Sequence record: MT133560.1
Direction: 5' to 3' (one strand)
Length of the DNA: 64,000 bases
This document shows, in pieces, positions 9,783 to 19,170 of this stretch (position 1 is its first letter; the number at the start of each line of letters is the position of its first letter). The notes beneath the pieces are model-generated. The model had not been told where the DNA came from, ran no database searches, and worked only from the letters and a program-made list of their open reading frames with translations. The position numbers and the translations under genes were made by a program.

Positions 9783-10203
9783 GTGTCATATGCTTACAAT
9801 GGTTCCGTTATACCCTGGTGTGAGAGGATATCTTGAAGACTCGGTATTTTCAAAGAATGGGATTAATGATATTGGTTATCATAAATGGCTATCCCCTAAA
9901 CGAGTGGTAGGTCCAGATGGGCTAATCATTAGTGAGGTAAAGATAACTCCACGTATAGCCAGAATGGAAGGCGAAGTAATTCTTAAAGTATGGGATAAAT
10001 GGCGAAGAGCCCAGCCTAAGCTAGTTGCTACTGTGTATATTGATCCTAAAGATAATTCATACAGGGTAGAAGTAGAGCCTTTTTATGCATGTCGTCGGAT
10101 ATTACTTGAAGTGGATTTATGGGCTCAAGTAATACCTGGTGACCGTGCACCATTTGTAAATGACTCTGTAGATGGTACATGGGCATCAAGAGATATTATT
10201 TAA
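9769..10203 (+). CDS. hypothetical protein
   Basis: Overlapping co-oriented ORF. Confidence 0.75.
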   Translation: MDHYRCHMLTMVPLYPGVRGYLEDSVFSKNGINDIGYHKWLSPKRVVGPDGLIISEVKITPRIARMEGEVILKVWDKWRRAQPKLVATVYIDPKDNSYRVEVEPFYACRRILLEVDLWAQVIPGDRAPFVNDSVDGTWASRDII

Positions 10204-10502
10204 TGCTTATACCAATTAAACTTCGTAAGACATTTAAAAGACTGGGCAAAAGACATTCTAAAAGAGTGTTGGCTGCCCAGTCATCTTTTCTGCCGTTTGG
10301 TGAATTAACGTTGAGGAAGCAAAGAATGCCTAAGAAAAATAAAGAATATATTCTTGATGTTATTGATACTAATACTAAAGAACTACAGGCACAGATTAAT
10401 ACGTTAAGTGAACTTGTATGTGAACAACAGAAACAAATTAGTTTATTAAACAGAACACTAGTTGAGTTACAAGATAATTTGAAAAAAAAAGATAGGGATT
10501 AA
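10179..10502 (+). CDS. hypothetical protein, C-terminal coiled coil (start may be 10203)
   Basis: Heptad-like LQAQINTLSELVCEQQKQISLLNRTLVELQDNL. Confidence 0.7.
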   Translation: MGIKRYYLMLIPIKLRKTFKRLGKRHSKRVLAAQSSFLPFGELTLRKQRMPKKNKEYILDVIDTNTKELQAQINTLSELVCEQQKQISLLNRTLVELQDNLKKKDRD

Positions 10503-10504
10503 AA

Positions 10505-10834
10505 ATGAATGTAGTTGATGAGTACCTACTTTTGACCTTATTCTGGATAGTTGTTTTATTTTCATTTATCCATGTATCGCAACGTTATAAACGAATTAAA
10601 GAAAAACGAAGAGTTGATTTTCTAGTTAAAAGAGAATTAGTATATAATTATTTCAAAGTAACAGATCCTTCTGAATTAACTAATGATTCTATAGAAAGTA
10701 TTATACTTAAATTAATTGGTGATAATTATAGAAAATTAACAGATATGCAGAAATTAGTAATTAGGGCAGCAGCAGGTCGTGGTTATATGTATAACCCTAA
10801 CAGACCAATTGGCAAACATTTGAAATATATGTGA
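10505..10834 (+). CDS. single-pass membrane protein
   Basis: Hydrophobic YLLLTLFWIVVLFSFIHV then basic QRYKRIKEKRR. Confidence 0.8.
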   Translation: MNVVDEYLLLTLFWIVVLFSFIHVSQRYKRIKEKRRVDFLVKRELVYNYFKVTDPSELTNDSIESIILKLIGDNYRKLTDMQKLVIRAAAGRGYMYNPNRPIGKHLKYM

Positions 10835-10843
10835 GTTATAAAA

Positions 10844-11359
10844 ATGTCAGAAAACCGCCCGTTATATATAGCTGCTATTAAAAAAGATCTTTTAAAAACA
10901 ACAGGTTTGTATAAACCTTATAATGATTCACCAATAGCTGTGGTTAGTAATGAAACCAGTAAGTGGCATGTAATGCTAAATATATTACGGCATGGTTGGG
11001 AATGGATTGAAATACCTGAAGGTGAGATTAAACAACCGGAAAATTACCATGACTATGTTATTCTAGCATTAACCACTGTATTAACTGATACTTTAGATTA
11101 TAAAAATGATCCTAACTCTGACAAATATGTCAAGCAAATAATCTGTACTGATGTAGCACTAAAAGTTGAATATGATAAATTAATCAATGTGCTAGAGACA
11201 AGTAACGAGTTAGATTTAGCTGATGAATACACCTTTACTAAACAAGGTAATCTCAGAGGATATTTCCATTATGATGAGTATTATGGTTTAGATGTACTGG
11301 CATGTGCATCTTATGTGATCTGTTCACATATCGAACTAACACCTAGAAATGTTAAATAA
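10844..11359 (+). CDS. hypothetical protein
   Basis: Co-oriented ORF. Confidence 0.8.
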   Translation: MSENRPLYIAAIKKDLLKTTGLYKPYNDSPIAVVSNETSKWHVMLNILRHGWEWIEIPEGEIKQPENYHDYVILALTTVLTDTLDYKNDPNSDKYVKQIICTDVALKVEYDKLINVLETSNELDLADEYTFTKQGNLRGYFHYDEYYGLDVLACASYVICSHIELTPRNVK

Positions 11360-11371
11360 TAGGAACTACTG

Positions 11372-11971
11372 ATGAAAAAACGTACCGCTTATATCGATCG
11401 TGCTAAATTCCGAGATTTTCTAGCCGAGAAAAAAATTAGCGTAAGTAGCCGACAGTGGATTGAAAAGAGCCACCCAGATCATAAAGAATATTACAAGGCA
11501 ATCCTAGATTACGTCGTATCTAATGTAAAATTCAAAGAAGAACGTTATATTGAAAAGGCAAATGAGGTTATTATTAATGGGTGTATTCGATATCATCTAC
11601 CCATTCACGCTCAACGTGCACTAACTGTAGTTGAAGAAGAATTCATTAATAATGCTAGTCTTCAATTTACTTATCTGAATGATAATGATACTAATATTGC
11701 CAATATTAACTTTGAAGAAGTTCTTGATGCACAAGTAACTGAGAATGAAACTGAACTAAGACAAAGTTGGGAATATGTCAATTGTGATATCAACCCATCA
11801 GAATACTTTATTGATGTTGTTGATGTACCAGAAGAACTAATTCTTCGTCTATCTGTATTCCGTTTTGTACACAGTATCAAGAAACTGGAAGTAAAAGATA
11901 AGTTAGATCTTGCCGATGTTGTAGGTAAAGATCTAGTTATTGAAGATGGTAACGTTAAGGTTGTAGAATGA
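11372..11971 (+). CDS. hypothetical protein
   Basis: AGGA RBS. Confidence 0.8.
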   Translation: MKKRTAYIDRAKFRDFLAEKKISVSSRQWIEKSHPDHKEYYKAILDYVVSNVKFKEERYIEKANEVIINGCIRYHLPIHAQRALTVVEEEFINNASLQFTYLNDNDTNIANINFEEVLDAQVTENETELRQSWEYVNCDINPSEYFIDVVDVPEELILRLSVFRFVHSIKKLEVKDKLDLADVVGKDLVIEDGNVKVVE

Positions 11972-12024
11972 TTTAAGGCTATTTTAGTAGCTTTATATTC
12001 TGATCTTAGCAACCTAGGTACAAC

Positions 12025-12393
12025 GTGATGCAATGTTTAACACACGTAATGAAGTTAGTGGCCGTATTAAGTACGTTGTTATACGTATCAAACCCACTAG
12101 CTGCATCGTTGGTAGTTGACGAGAATTACTGTAATGGTGTTGCACTTATAGCACATGCCACAGCAGAAGCACGTCAGCGTAAAACACCCATTTTACAATG
12201 GGAAGAAAACCTACGATCCCTAAAAGGGTACGGCGTGAAGAACAAAGATAACGTTCTTTACAATGTTCTCCCAGCAGCAATTAAAGAGGTGCACGTTGTG
12301 TATTCACGTAGACAAAGCCCACGTGATGCATACGTTACATCATTTAAAACCTGTATGGATAACAACTACGGTAAAGCTGTGGTTGTAAAATAA
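12025..12393 (+). CDS. secreted two-cysteine protein (dispersed member of the 25.2-28.1 kb family)
   Basis: Signal-like MKLVAVLSTLLYVSNPLAA; mature part has two Cys, near each end. Confidence 0.75.
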   Translation: MMQCLTHVMKLVAVLSTLLYVSNPLAASLVVDENYCNGVALIAHATAEARQRKTPILQWEENLRSLKGYGVKNKDNVLYNVLPAAIKEVHVVYSRRQSPRDAYVTSFKTCMDNNYGKAVVVK

Positions 12394-12395
12394 AT

Positions 12396-12415
12396 ACCAG
12401 CCCTTCGGGGCTGGT
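12396..12415 (+). terminator. intrinsic terminator
   Basis: ACCAGCCC-TTCG-GGGCTGGT TTATTT. Confidence 0.85.
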
Positions 12416-12428
12416 TTATTTCATCTAG

Positions 12429-12746
12429 ATGAGAATCTGTGGGTTGCAAATGTATAAAGTATTTGTTATATCAATGATAACACTAACGGCTATATCAACA
12501 TGTGTAACTTTCATTATTAATATAAAAAATCATTATATTCACTGGATGGGTGTTTATAAGGTTAGATATGTATTAGATAAAATGCCCAATGGCATAAGTT
12601 ATTTTTTCTATCAAAATGCTGTCCAAGACATTATAAATAAAGAATCATCTAAAATAACAAATCAACATATTTTTACATCTTTTATTTACGATATCAACTC
12701 ATTGATTATATTAAAATGTAATAATAGGGAAACAGCAAATGAATGA
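12429..12746 (+). CDS. single-pass membrane protein
   Basis: Hydrophobic VFVISMITLTAISTCVTFIINI. Confidence 0.7.
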   Translation: MRICGLQMYKVFVISMITLTAISTCVTFIINIKNHYIHWMGVYKVRYVLDKMPNGISYFFYQNAVQDIINKESSKITNQHIFTSFIYDINSLIILKCNNRETANE

Positions 12747-13029
12747 TATCATGACAGTAATTATAGGTATTTTGTTTCTGATTATAATGATGGCTTTAAT
12801 TAACTGGGGTTATTATGCCATCAAACACACGATAAAGTGTAACAGGCTTTATAAAGAAGCACTATCAATTATTGACAATATGAGTGATGGTTTATCTGAA
12901 TACCAGTATACAGTAGCTATTGGACGTTTACGTAAAAAGGCATACTCTATCGACCATTTAACTGCTGTTAAAATGTTTGAAGCATTAGACTTAGTTATTA
13001 AAGATAAGTCAAGAAAGAAAAATAAATAA
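12739..13029 (+). CDS. single-pass membrane protein
   Basis: IMTVIIGILFLIIMMALINWGYY. Confidence 0.8.
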   Translation: MNDIMTVIIGILFLIIMMALINWGYYAIKHTIKCNRLYKEALSIIDNMSDGLSEYQYTVAIGRLRKKAYSIDHLTAVKMFEALDLVIKDKSRKKNK

Positions 13030-13030
13030 G

Positions 13031-13095
13031 CATAAATAGGAGAGCTATTTAGCTCTCCTTTATTGCATTAAATTTTTTTTGAAATCTATATTACA
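13031..13095 (+). promoter_or_regulatory. terminator + early promoter cassette (class A)
   Basis: CATAAAT-AGGAGAGC hairpin 13038-13059, then CATTAAATTTTTTTTGAAATC-TATATTAC (13087-13094). Confidence 0.85.
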
Positions 13096-13130
13096 TATTT
13101 GGTCAAGTCATATCAAAATAGGTAGTTATA

Positions 13131-13304
13131 ATGCTAGCATTACATTCACTACTATTATTAGTTATAGTGATTTGTTATATAATTCATAAGTGGTTGTGGT
13201 ATACTTTCAATATGTTTAAACTAAAAGACATTATTAAAAATAAAGACAATTTAACTAATGATGAACTATTAAAATTACTCATTGATAAAATAAAGGCAAC
13301 CTAA
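13131..13304 (+). CDS. 57-aa early membrane microprotein
   Basis: MLALHSLLLLVIVICYIIHKWLWY...; TAGGT RBS; first ORF after early promoter; stop overlaps next ATG. Confidence 0.7.
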   Translation: MLALHSLLLLVIVICYIIHKWLWYTFNMFKLKDIIKNKDNLTNDELLKLLIDKIKAT

Positions 13305-13771
13305 TGTATCCATTCTTTACAGGTAATGAGAAAGTTACTGTAGATGTTCTTGATGATAAACATAATCTACATAGAAGTTGGACTGATTATAAACATCCCA
13401 TCACGACGCGTGTGGACGGTAAACTAACCAATGTGTGGTATAAAGTTGAACCACCGATGAGTGCTAAGGATATTGAAAATAACTTTACAATTGACAAAGA
13501 TAAAGTTAAATTATCTAATCGTTTGCACCAAGCTTTAGATGCAACGTTGATTAAAAATGAATTAGAAGAGTTTAACAAATTAATTGATCTATGCGTAAAA
13601 CATGTTAATTCAGTTAGTATTCATCTAGGTCTTACTATTTGGAAATTAGCAGATACTGTAAAATATGAAAAAGCAGATTTAAAGAAACTATTTAATGCAC
13701 ATTATACCAAATCTACTGAACTTGTAAAAGAAAAGAATATAGTGCCCTCAGTAGAAGATATCTTCCTATAA
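13304..13771 (+). CDS. hypothetical protein
   Basis: Translationally coupled ORF. Confidence 0.8.
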   Translation: MYPFFTGNEKVTVDVLDDKHNLHRSWTDYKHPITTRVDGKLTNVWYKVEPPMSAKDIENNFTIDKDKVKLSNRLHQALDATLIKNELEEFNKLIDLCVKHVNSVSIHLGLTIWKLADTVKYEKADLKKLFNAHYTKSTELVKEKNIVPSVEDIFL

Positions 13772-13793
13772 TTTATTTAAAGGTAATACAAAT

Positions 13794-14702
13794 ATGCTAA
13801 AGGTAAAATCATTACTCACTGGCCATATTCTTCGAGCTACCTATGATTGGTTTCTTGAGAATAACTTCAGAGATATTCTAATTGTAGCACATACTCAATT
13901 AGTACCTGATTTATCTGAGGTAGCTCTAAAGCATGCGAAAGAAGATCACACTATCACTTTCAATATCCATCCACGCTGTGCAAAGAATTTTTATATCAGT
14001 GACGAATATATCTCTTTCAATGTAACAGTAAATGGAGTTGGGGTCAGTATTAAACTTCCTCTTTATGCAGTATTGGGTGTAGTTACACCTATTGATGATA
14101 ATTCTAACGCATTCTTTGAAATGCCACTAGTAGATAGATATCTCAATGCAGATACTATTCGTGCAACATTAGAAGGAACTGTTAATAATGTAGTTGACAA
14201 AAACCCAGTATTAACTACCGTAGGTAATGTCACTGAGGTTAATTTTAAAAATAAAGCCGATACCACTAATGGTAAGTTAGTTGTAAGGAATACATCTGAG
14301 AATGAGCATGATCAGATGATTGAAAGCGCCATTAACAGAGTAACTGAATTTAGTAATCCAGAATTAGATGCACATATTAGAGTAGCGGTAACTGTAATTA
14401 AACAGAATGCACCAGAATTAATTATGGATTGGTGTGAGCGGGTTATTAATTGTACACGTAATGAAAACTATCAGGATAACATCAATGTACTTATGATGGA
14501 ACTCCTCAGTTACCCTATTTCAAATGTGGTTAGTGAATCAACTGTGGACTCGGGTGATAATACATCTAATTCATTTGACAATGATGTAAATAAGATGGTT
14601 GAGGATTTCAATAATTCTTCCAATTCGCAGGTTATTATTAATAAACCTTCTCGTCCTACCGGTACACCAAAACTCACTGTTATTAAAGGTGGTAAGAAAT
14701 GA
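13794..14702 (+). CDS. sspB: SspB-like ClpXP adaptor protein
   Basis: LLRATYDWFLEN...ITFNIHP...ISFNVTVNGV...LPLYAVLGV (SspB core) and C-terminal RPTGTPKLTVIK resembling the ClpX-binding LRVVK tail. Confidence 0.8.
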   Translation: MLKVKSLLTGHILRATYDWFLENNFRDILIVAHTQLVPDLSEVALKHAKEDHTITFNIHPRCAKNFYISDEYISFNVTVNGVGVSIKLPLYAVLGVVTPIDDNSNAFFEMPLVDRYLNADTIRATLEGTVNNVVDKNPVLTTVGNVTEVNFKNKADTTNGKLVVRNTSENEHDQMIESAINRVTEFSNPELDAHIRVAVTVIKQNAPELIMDWCERVINCTRNENYQDNINVLMMELLSYPISNVVSESTVDSGDNTSNSFDNDVNKMVEDFNNSSNSQVIINKPSRPTGTPKLTVIKGGKK

Positions 14703-14956
14703 ATGCAACTTTAGCAATTCTTTTTAGTAGTATCAGTATCGCTGGTTATCAAGCCAATGGTGCATCGCAGTCAACCGCTGAGTTCTCTGACATGGCTACT
14801 TGTTTTAGCGCGATTGAGCGCATTCAAAAACTAGCTAAAGCAAGTGCTATTCGTAATAATGTAGAGACTGTAAAAATCAGTGATGGTGTTCTATTACGTT
14901 ATTTTTCTTCTAGTACTAGTAAAGTAGAACATACTCTAATCTGTGTAAATAAATAG
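14699..14956 (+). CDS. small exported protein with F-x5-C...C pattern
   Basis: Hydrophobic N-terminus, AEFSDMATC and C-terminal LICVNK. Confidence 0.7.
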   Translation: MNATLAILFSSISIAGYQANGASQSTAEFSDMATCFSAIERIQKLAKASAIRNNVETVKISDGVLLRYFSSSTSKVEHTLICVNK

Positions 14957-14964
14957 GTACGGAT

Positions 14965-15672
14965 ATGTCTGAGAAAATGTATTTATCTTTTTCTGGAATT
15001 GGACACAATGACGTAATCAAACAAGATCTTAATGGATTCGTTCCAATGGATGTATCAACTATTGATAATGAAGTGGCTGATCGATTATTTTATACTCCAT
15101 TCAATAGTTCTGAACCAGGTACCTCATTACCTAATGTTGCTAATGTGGTATTCAAGGTATTACCTATCCATATCGAGGATAACACTATCTGTGTTTTAGA
15201 TAGTTGTTCTAGTACCGAATACTCATTGAATGACTTAGTTGATACCAGTGTCTCATCATTAGAAACACATGGTCCATTAATAGATTTACGTAGTAGTGAT
15301 CCAATTGAGACATATGCTAATCAGGCAGTGTATACTTGGTTAAATAAGAATATCTGTGATATCGAATTTGAAGTACATGGCGGGCTGCAAGTGCAACTAA
15401 CTGCTGACCAAGTGCGTTCCAATGTTAATGCATTTGTAGCAGGTATTGATCTTGACATCGACGATAAATTGATGGTATATGTGGTGATTAAAATCAATGA
15501 TCGTTTATACGATGCTTGGTCTAGTCAACATGTGGTGGAACCATTAACAATGTATCATGTGCAAGGTGGTCATGAGCCTATTGTCTATAGTGAGACCCAT
15601 ATTGAAAATAGCCTATTGCGATATGCTAAAGAGAAAGGTTGGGCTGAAATTTTGACTCGTATTGGTCTGTAA
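14965..15672 (+). CDS. hypothetical protein
   Basis: TAGGT RBS, 235 aa. Confidence 0.8.
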   Translation: MSEKMYLSFSGIGHNDVIKQDLNGFVPMDVSTIDNEVADRLFYTPFNSSEPGTSLPNVANVVFKVLPIHIEDNTICVLDSCSSTEYSLNDLVDTSVSSLETHGPLIDLRSSDPIETYANQAVYTWLNKNICDIEFEVHGGLQVQLTADQVRSNVNAFVAGIDLDIDDKLMVYVVIKINDRLYDAWSSQHVVEPLTMYHVQGGHEPIVYSETHIENSLLRYAKEKGWAEILTRIGL

Positions 15673-15736
15673 TAAAAATACTTCTTATAGACTAATAATA
15701 TAGGTAAGATACTAGCCGATTGGTTAGTTGCGCTTA

Positions 15737-15756
15737 GGGAGTCCTTCGGGACTCCC
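15737..15756 (+). terminator. intrinsic terminator
   Basis: GGGAGTCC-TTCG-GGACTCCC. Confidence 0.75.
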
Positions 15757-15777
15757 GTATATCGTCTAGGAGGTTTT

Positions 15778-16071
15778 ATGTATACAGTTACACTTGAACA
15801 AGTAGGACACCGTATACCGTCTAGTTTAAGTGCTTTTGTAATTAGACCGTTTGAAAATACCATTACGCATAATGATACGTCTTATTACTTGATCATGGGT
15901 AAAGATGATTTCGATAACATGCACATGGAATGGCGAGATGTAGCTGTAGTTGATAGTCAAGCCGTTATAGTTGCTACATACACTCCATCGAAAAACTCAT
16001 TTAATCTTGTAAAAAATGAATTAGGTATTCCAGTTAATATCAAATACAAACGGATAGAGGTTGATCTATGA
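15778..16071 (+). CDS. hypothetical protein
   Basis: AGGAGG RBS. Confidence 0.8.
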   Translation: MYTVTLEQVGHRIPSSLSAFVIRPFENTITHNDTSYYLIMGKDDFDNMHMEWRDVAVVDSQAVIVATYTPSKNSFNLVKNELGIPVNIKYKRIEVDL

Positions 16072-16098
16072 TTACCAGTAAGGTTAGAGGAATGAAGT

Positions 16099-16299
16099 AT
16101 GGATCGTCTTGATGAAAGAATCGCATTCAGTGTAAAGTCGTACAAAATTTTCAATGCTCTCTCCCATGGCCGAGTTCGGGCATTGATTATTAACTTTAAA
16201 GATGGTAAGGGTACGATCGTATCTATTAGTGATGATCGCCGCCATGATAAACATCTCTGGTTCAACTGTGGACTAGTAGACAATCCGAGGATCAAGTAA
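16099..16299 (+). CDS. hypothetical protein
   Basis: GAGGA upstream; stop overlaps thyA start. Confidence 0.65.
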   Translation: MDRLDERIAFSVKSYKIFNALSHGRVRALIINFKDGKGTIVSISDDRRHDKHLWFNCGLVDNPRIK

Positions 16300-17765
16300 T
16301 GGAACAATATCTTAATTCAATCCGTTTAGTTAAAGAACACGGTGTACATAAAGGTGACCGTACTGGTACTGGTACTCAGAGCATGTTTGGTCAACAAGAA
16401 CGTTATAGTCTGCGTAATAATCGGCTACCAGTTGTAACCACCAAGAAGATTCATCTAGCTTCTGTAATTCATGAATTGTTCTGGATGCTGTCAGGTGATA
16501 CTAAGGTGGATTACCTGATCGCTAATGGTGTACGCATCTGGAACGAGTGGGTTAAACCTGAAACCGCAGTATATGAGCCGATGACCGATGAGGCCGTTCT
16601 TAAAGCAGTAACTGCCCTCATTGGTGCCCCATTCGTAATGTACTTACATTGTATGAACGATGACTCTACTCCATTCATTGAGACTGTAGCGGAATTCGAG
16701 TCGGGTATGACTCCAGAGACTATTCAGGCCTTCTGGGATGAATATCCAGTTAACCGTGAGGAAATCCAATACATCATTGGAGTTAGCGTAACGTCGTGGA
16801 ATAGGTTCGCTACTGAAGGGTTCGATGAAGCCAAAAATCCTGAAGGTATTCGTGCTGAATATAACAAGCGACTGTATCGTGCTTTGATGCATAAAGAACC
16901 AGAGCGTCTGGTCGGCGGCGATCTAGGTGCTGTTTACGGTAAGACATGGCGTAATCTTGAAGACACTCGTGTAATCCCTAAATATGAGTGGTTTGATTAT
17001 GAGAAGCGTGGTTTTGACTTCGTGGCGGATATCCCAGGTACAACCATGGAAACCGATCGATGCGTGGTTACTCGACGTATCGACCAAATCCAAGACATCA
17101 TCGATCAACTTCGCACCAACCCGGATTCTCGTCGGATCATTGTTTGTGCATGGGCGCCACATCTTATTGATGAGCAGGCACTCCCACCTTGCCACGCATT
17201 TATTCAGTTCTGGACCCGTGAACTGACCGTAGATGAACGAGTGCAAGCTCTAGACCAAACCCAGTTCGAAGCTGATGCTTATCATGATAAGATTAGTGGT
17301 GAGATTACTCGTGGTCAACCTCCATTCGATAGTGCTGAGCAGGTTAAAGCACTTCTGCGTGTCTGTCGTGGTTATGAAAAGGCTACAGATGAAGCAGTAG
17401 TAGAATGGCTGGATCAACATGGTGTTCCTAAACGTGCATTGAGTTGCCAACTCTATCAAAGATCTTGTGATACTTTCTTAGGAAAACCCTTTAATATCAC
17501 GTTCTACAGTCTGCTGACCCATATGTTAGCTAACCAAATGAATATGATTGCTGAAGAGTTTATCTGGACTGGTGGTGATGTACATATTTACTCTAACCAC
17601 CAAGAACAAACTGATCTTCAATTAACTCGTGAACCGAAGGTTCTACCTACCATCCGTTTTAAAGAAGAAGCTATTGGTAAAGATATTCGGGAAATTGGTG
17701 TAGATGATTTTGTTATCGAGAACTATGAATATCATCCACACATTGCTGGTAAAGTTGCTGTTTAA
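16299..17765 (+). CDS. thyA: thymidylate synthase (ThyA) with large insertions
   Basis: DRTGTGT, TTKKIH, ELFWMLSG, IWNEW, DLGAVYG, DSRRIIV, catalytic LPPCH, YQRSCD..LGKPFN, GDVHIYSNH. Confidence 0.96.
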   Translation: MEQYLNSIRLVKEHGVHKGDRTGTGTQSMFGQQERYSLRNNRLPVVTTKKIHLASVIHELFWMLSGDTKVDYLIANGVRIWNEWVKPETAVYEPMTDEAVLKAVTALIGAPFVMYLHCMNDDSTPFIETVAEFESGMTPETIQAFWDEYPVNREEIQYIIGVSVTSWNRFATEGFDEAKNPEGIRAEYNKRLYRALMHKEPERLVGGDLGAVYGKTWRNLEDTRVIPKYEWFDYEKRGFDFVADIPGTTMETDRCVVTRRIDQIQDIIDQLRTNPDSRRIIVCAWAPHLIDEQALPPCHAFIQFWTRELTVDERVQALDQTQFEADAYHDKISGEITRGQPPFDSAEQVKALLRVCRGYEKATDEAVVEWLDQHGVPKRALSCQLYQRSCDTFLGKPFNITFYSLLTHMLANQMNMIAEEFIWTGGDVHIYSNHQEQTDLQLTREPKVLPTIRFKEEAIGKDIREIGVDDFVIENYEYHPHIAGKVAV

Positions 17766-17773
17766 CATAAAAC

Positions 17774-17791
17774 GCCTCCCTTCGGGGAGGC
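17774..17791 (+). terminator. intrinsic terminator
   Basis: GCCTCCC-TTCG-GGGAGGC TTTATTTT. Confidence 0.85.
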
Positions 17792-17819
17792 TTTATTTTC
17801 CTTTGGAGGTATACTTCTT

Positions 17820-18209
17820 ATGAACATTATCGAACTTAAACGTCAACTTTAACTCGCCGAGGAACTGATGGGTATAGACCCTGCTCCACTTAAAATCGGT
17901 ATCGCTGGTGATCGAGTTGATACTGCAACTCGATGCAGTATTTTCAATGGGAAAGATCCAGGTAGGGAATTCAGTATCAGTCTTGGAATTGTTAGCCGAA
18001 AGCAATTGCTTGAACACACTGACGATGCATTGATTCTCAATAAGCCCGAGAAAGAGCCTATTGTCATCCCATACAAAGCTATCTACGACATGCCTACTTC
18101 TCTTGAATTCGAGGAAGAACTGATCTCGGAAGGATGGTTGGTCTACAATATTCTCAGGACACCGATATTCATGTGGCTTGATGCTGGTAAAACAGAAAAA
18201 CTTAAATAA
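17820..18209 (+). pseudogene. hypothetical gene with in-frame TAA at codon 11
   Basis: GGAGGT RBS, ATG 17820: MNIIELKRQL*LAEEL continuing in frame into ORF 17868..18209. Confidence 0.6.
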
Positions 18210-18220
18210 GGAAAAATGAA

Positions 18221-18733
18221 ATGACTATGTCTACTCTTGGTTGGGATTTAAATGGCGGTGCTCTGGACACGCTATATCAACTAGTTCGTCATGGTTTCCG
18301 TGAACCAGGTGAGATCCCATCTAAAGCTGGCGCCGTCGATCTTGAACAGCTTCGACTGATTGATTACTTCCCGGATGGTTCCGGCATTGAGTTGACTCTA
18401 TTGGGTTCTGTTGTTGGTGATCACATTGTCAACCATAAAGAACTGATCGGTTTCAAGATTGACTTCGCTGAACGTTGTGGTAATGGTGAACTTGACGGTA
18501 AACCTATTCGGGTACTGAGTGACCATGATGACAACATCGTCTTTGTTCGTGATCTGATTCAAACTGCGGGCTTCAAGATCTCTGATCTGACCAGCGAGCA
18601 CGATTATGCTGTATTCCAGATCAATGATCCAGATACTGATGGAAAGTATATTACTCTTTATCCAGGTGACATTGTTGTCAAGACGGGATCTGGTTATATT
18701 GTTCACACCACTACGGAAAACCAGAGTCGTTAA
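18221..18733 (+). CDS. hypothetical two-domain protein
   Basis: AAGGA RBS; C-terminal YPGDIVVKTG motif. Confidence 0.8.
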   Translation: MTMSTLGWDLNGGALDTLYQLVRHGFREPGEIPSKAGAVDLEQLRLIDYFPDGSGIELTLLGSVVGDHIVNHKELIGFKIDFAERCGNGELDGKPIRVLSDHDDNIVFVRDLIQTAGFKISDLTSEHDYAVFQINDPDTDGKYITLYPGDIVVKTGSGYIVHTTTENQSR

Positions 18734-18743
18734 ACAGTATATC

Positions 18744-18763
18744 GGGAGTCCATTTGGACTCCC
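18744..18763 (+). terminator. intrinsic terminator
   Basis: GGGAGTCC-ATTT-GGACTCCC TTTT. Confidence 0.8.
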
Positions 18764-18791
18764 TTTTATATCGTAAACATGTGAGGTCCAA

Positions 18792-19170
18792 ATGTTTGTA
18801 AAAAAGTGATCTACCCAGTAATATTGAAAATATCAAAGTTGGTGAGAAAGTTATCTCCCAATGGTTCGCTTTACCCAATTATACTGAGATGAAGAAGCTC
18901 TATTTGGATGATCTTCCAGCTCTCGGTTACCATCAATCAATGGCTGATTTTGAAGCAGCTGTCAGGAAATATACCACGGCATTCCTTATCGACAATCTAC
19001 TGATGGATACTGCTGGTAAGGCTATCAACCCGATCTCACCTTACTTCCTCGATAAGGTCAACGAGCGCTTGGCAGAACTCGGTGATCCATTGTATCGAGT
19101 TACATGCATTATATCTCGATGGCCAAACAAAACAAAATGCGTTGGTTGTCAGATGAGAAGGTTCGGATGA
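18792..19170 (+). pseudogene. hypothetical gene frameshifted in an A6 run
   Basis: GAGGT RBS, ATG 18792; removing one A from 18800-18805 gives MFVKSDLPSNIENIKVGEKVISQWFALPNYTE fused to ORF 18889. Confidence 0.6.

Noticed and set aside
16299-17765. dCMP hydroxymethylase or base-modification enzyme instead of ThyA
   Set aside because: The specificity residue is Asn (LGKPFN), as in dUMP-specific ThyA, and no modification genes are nearby
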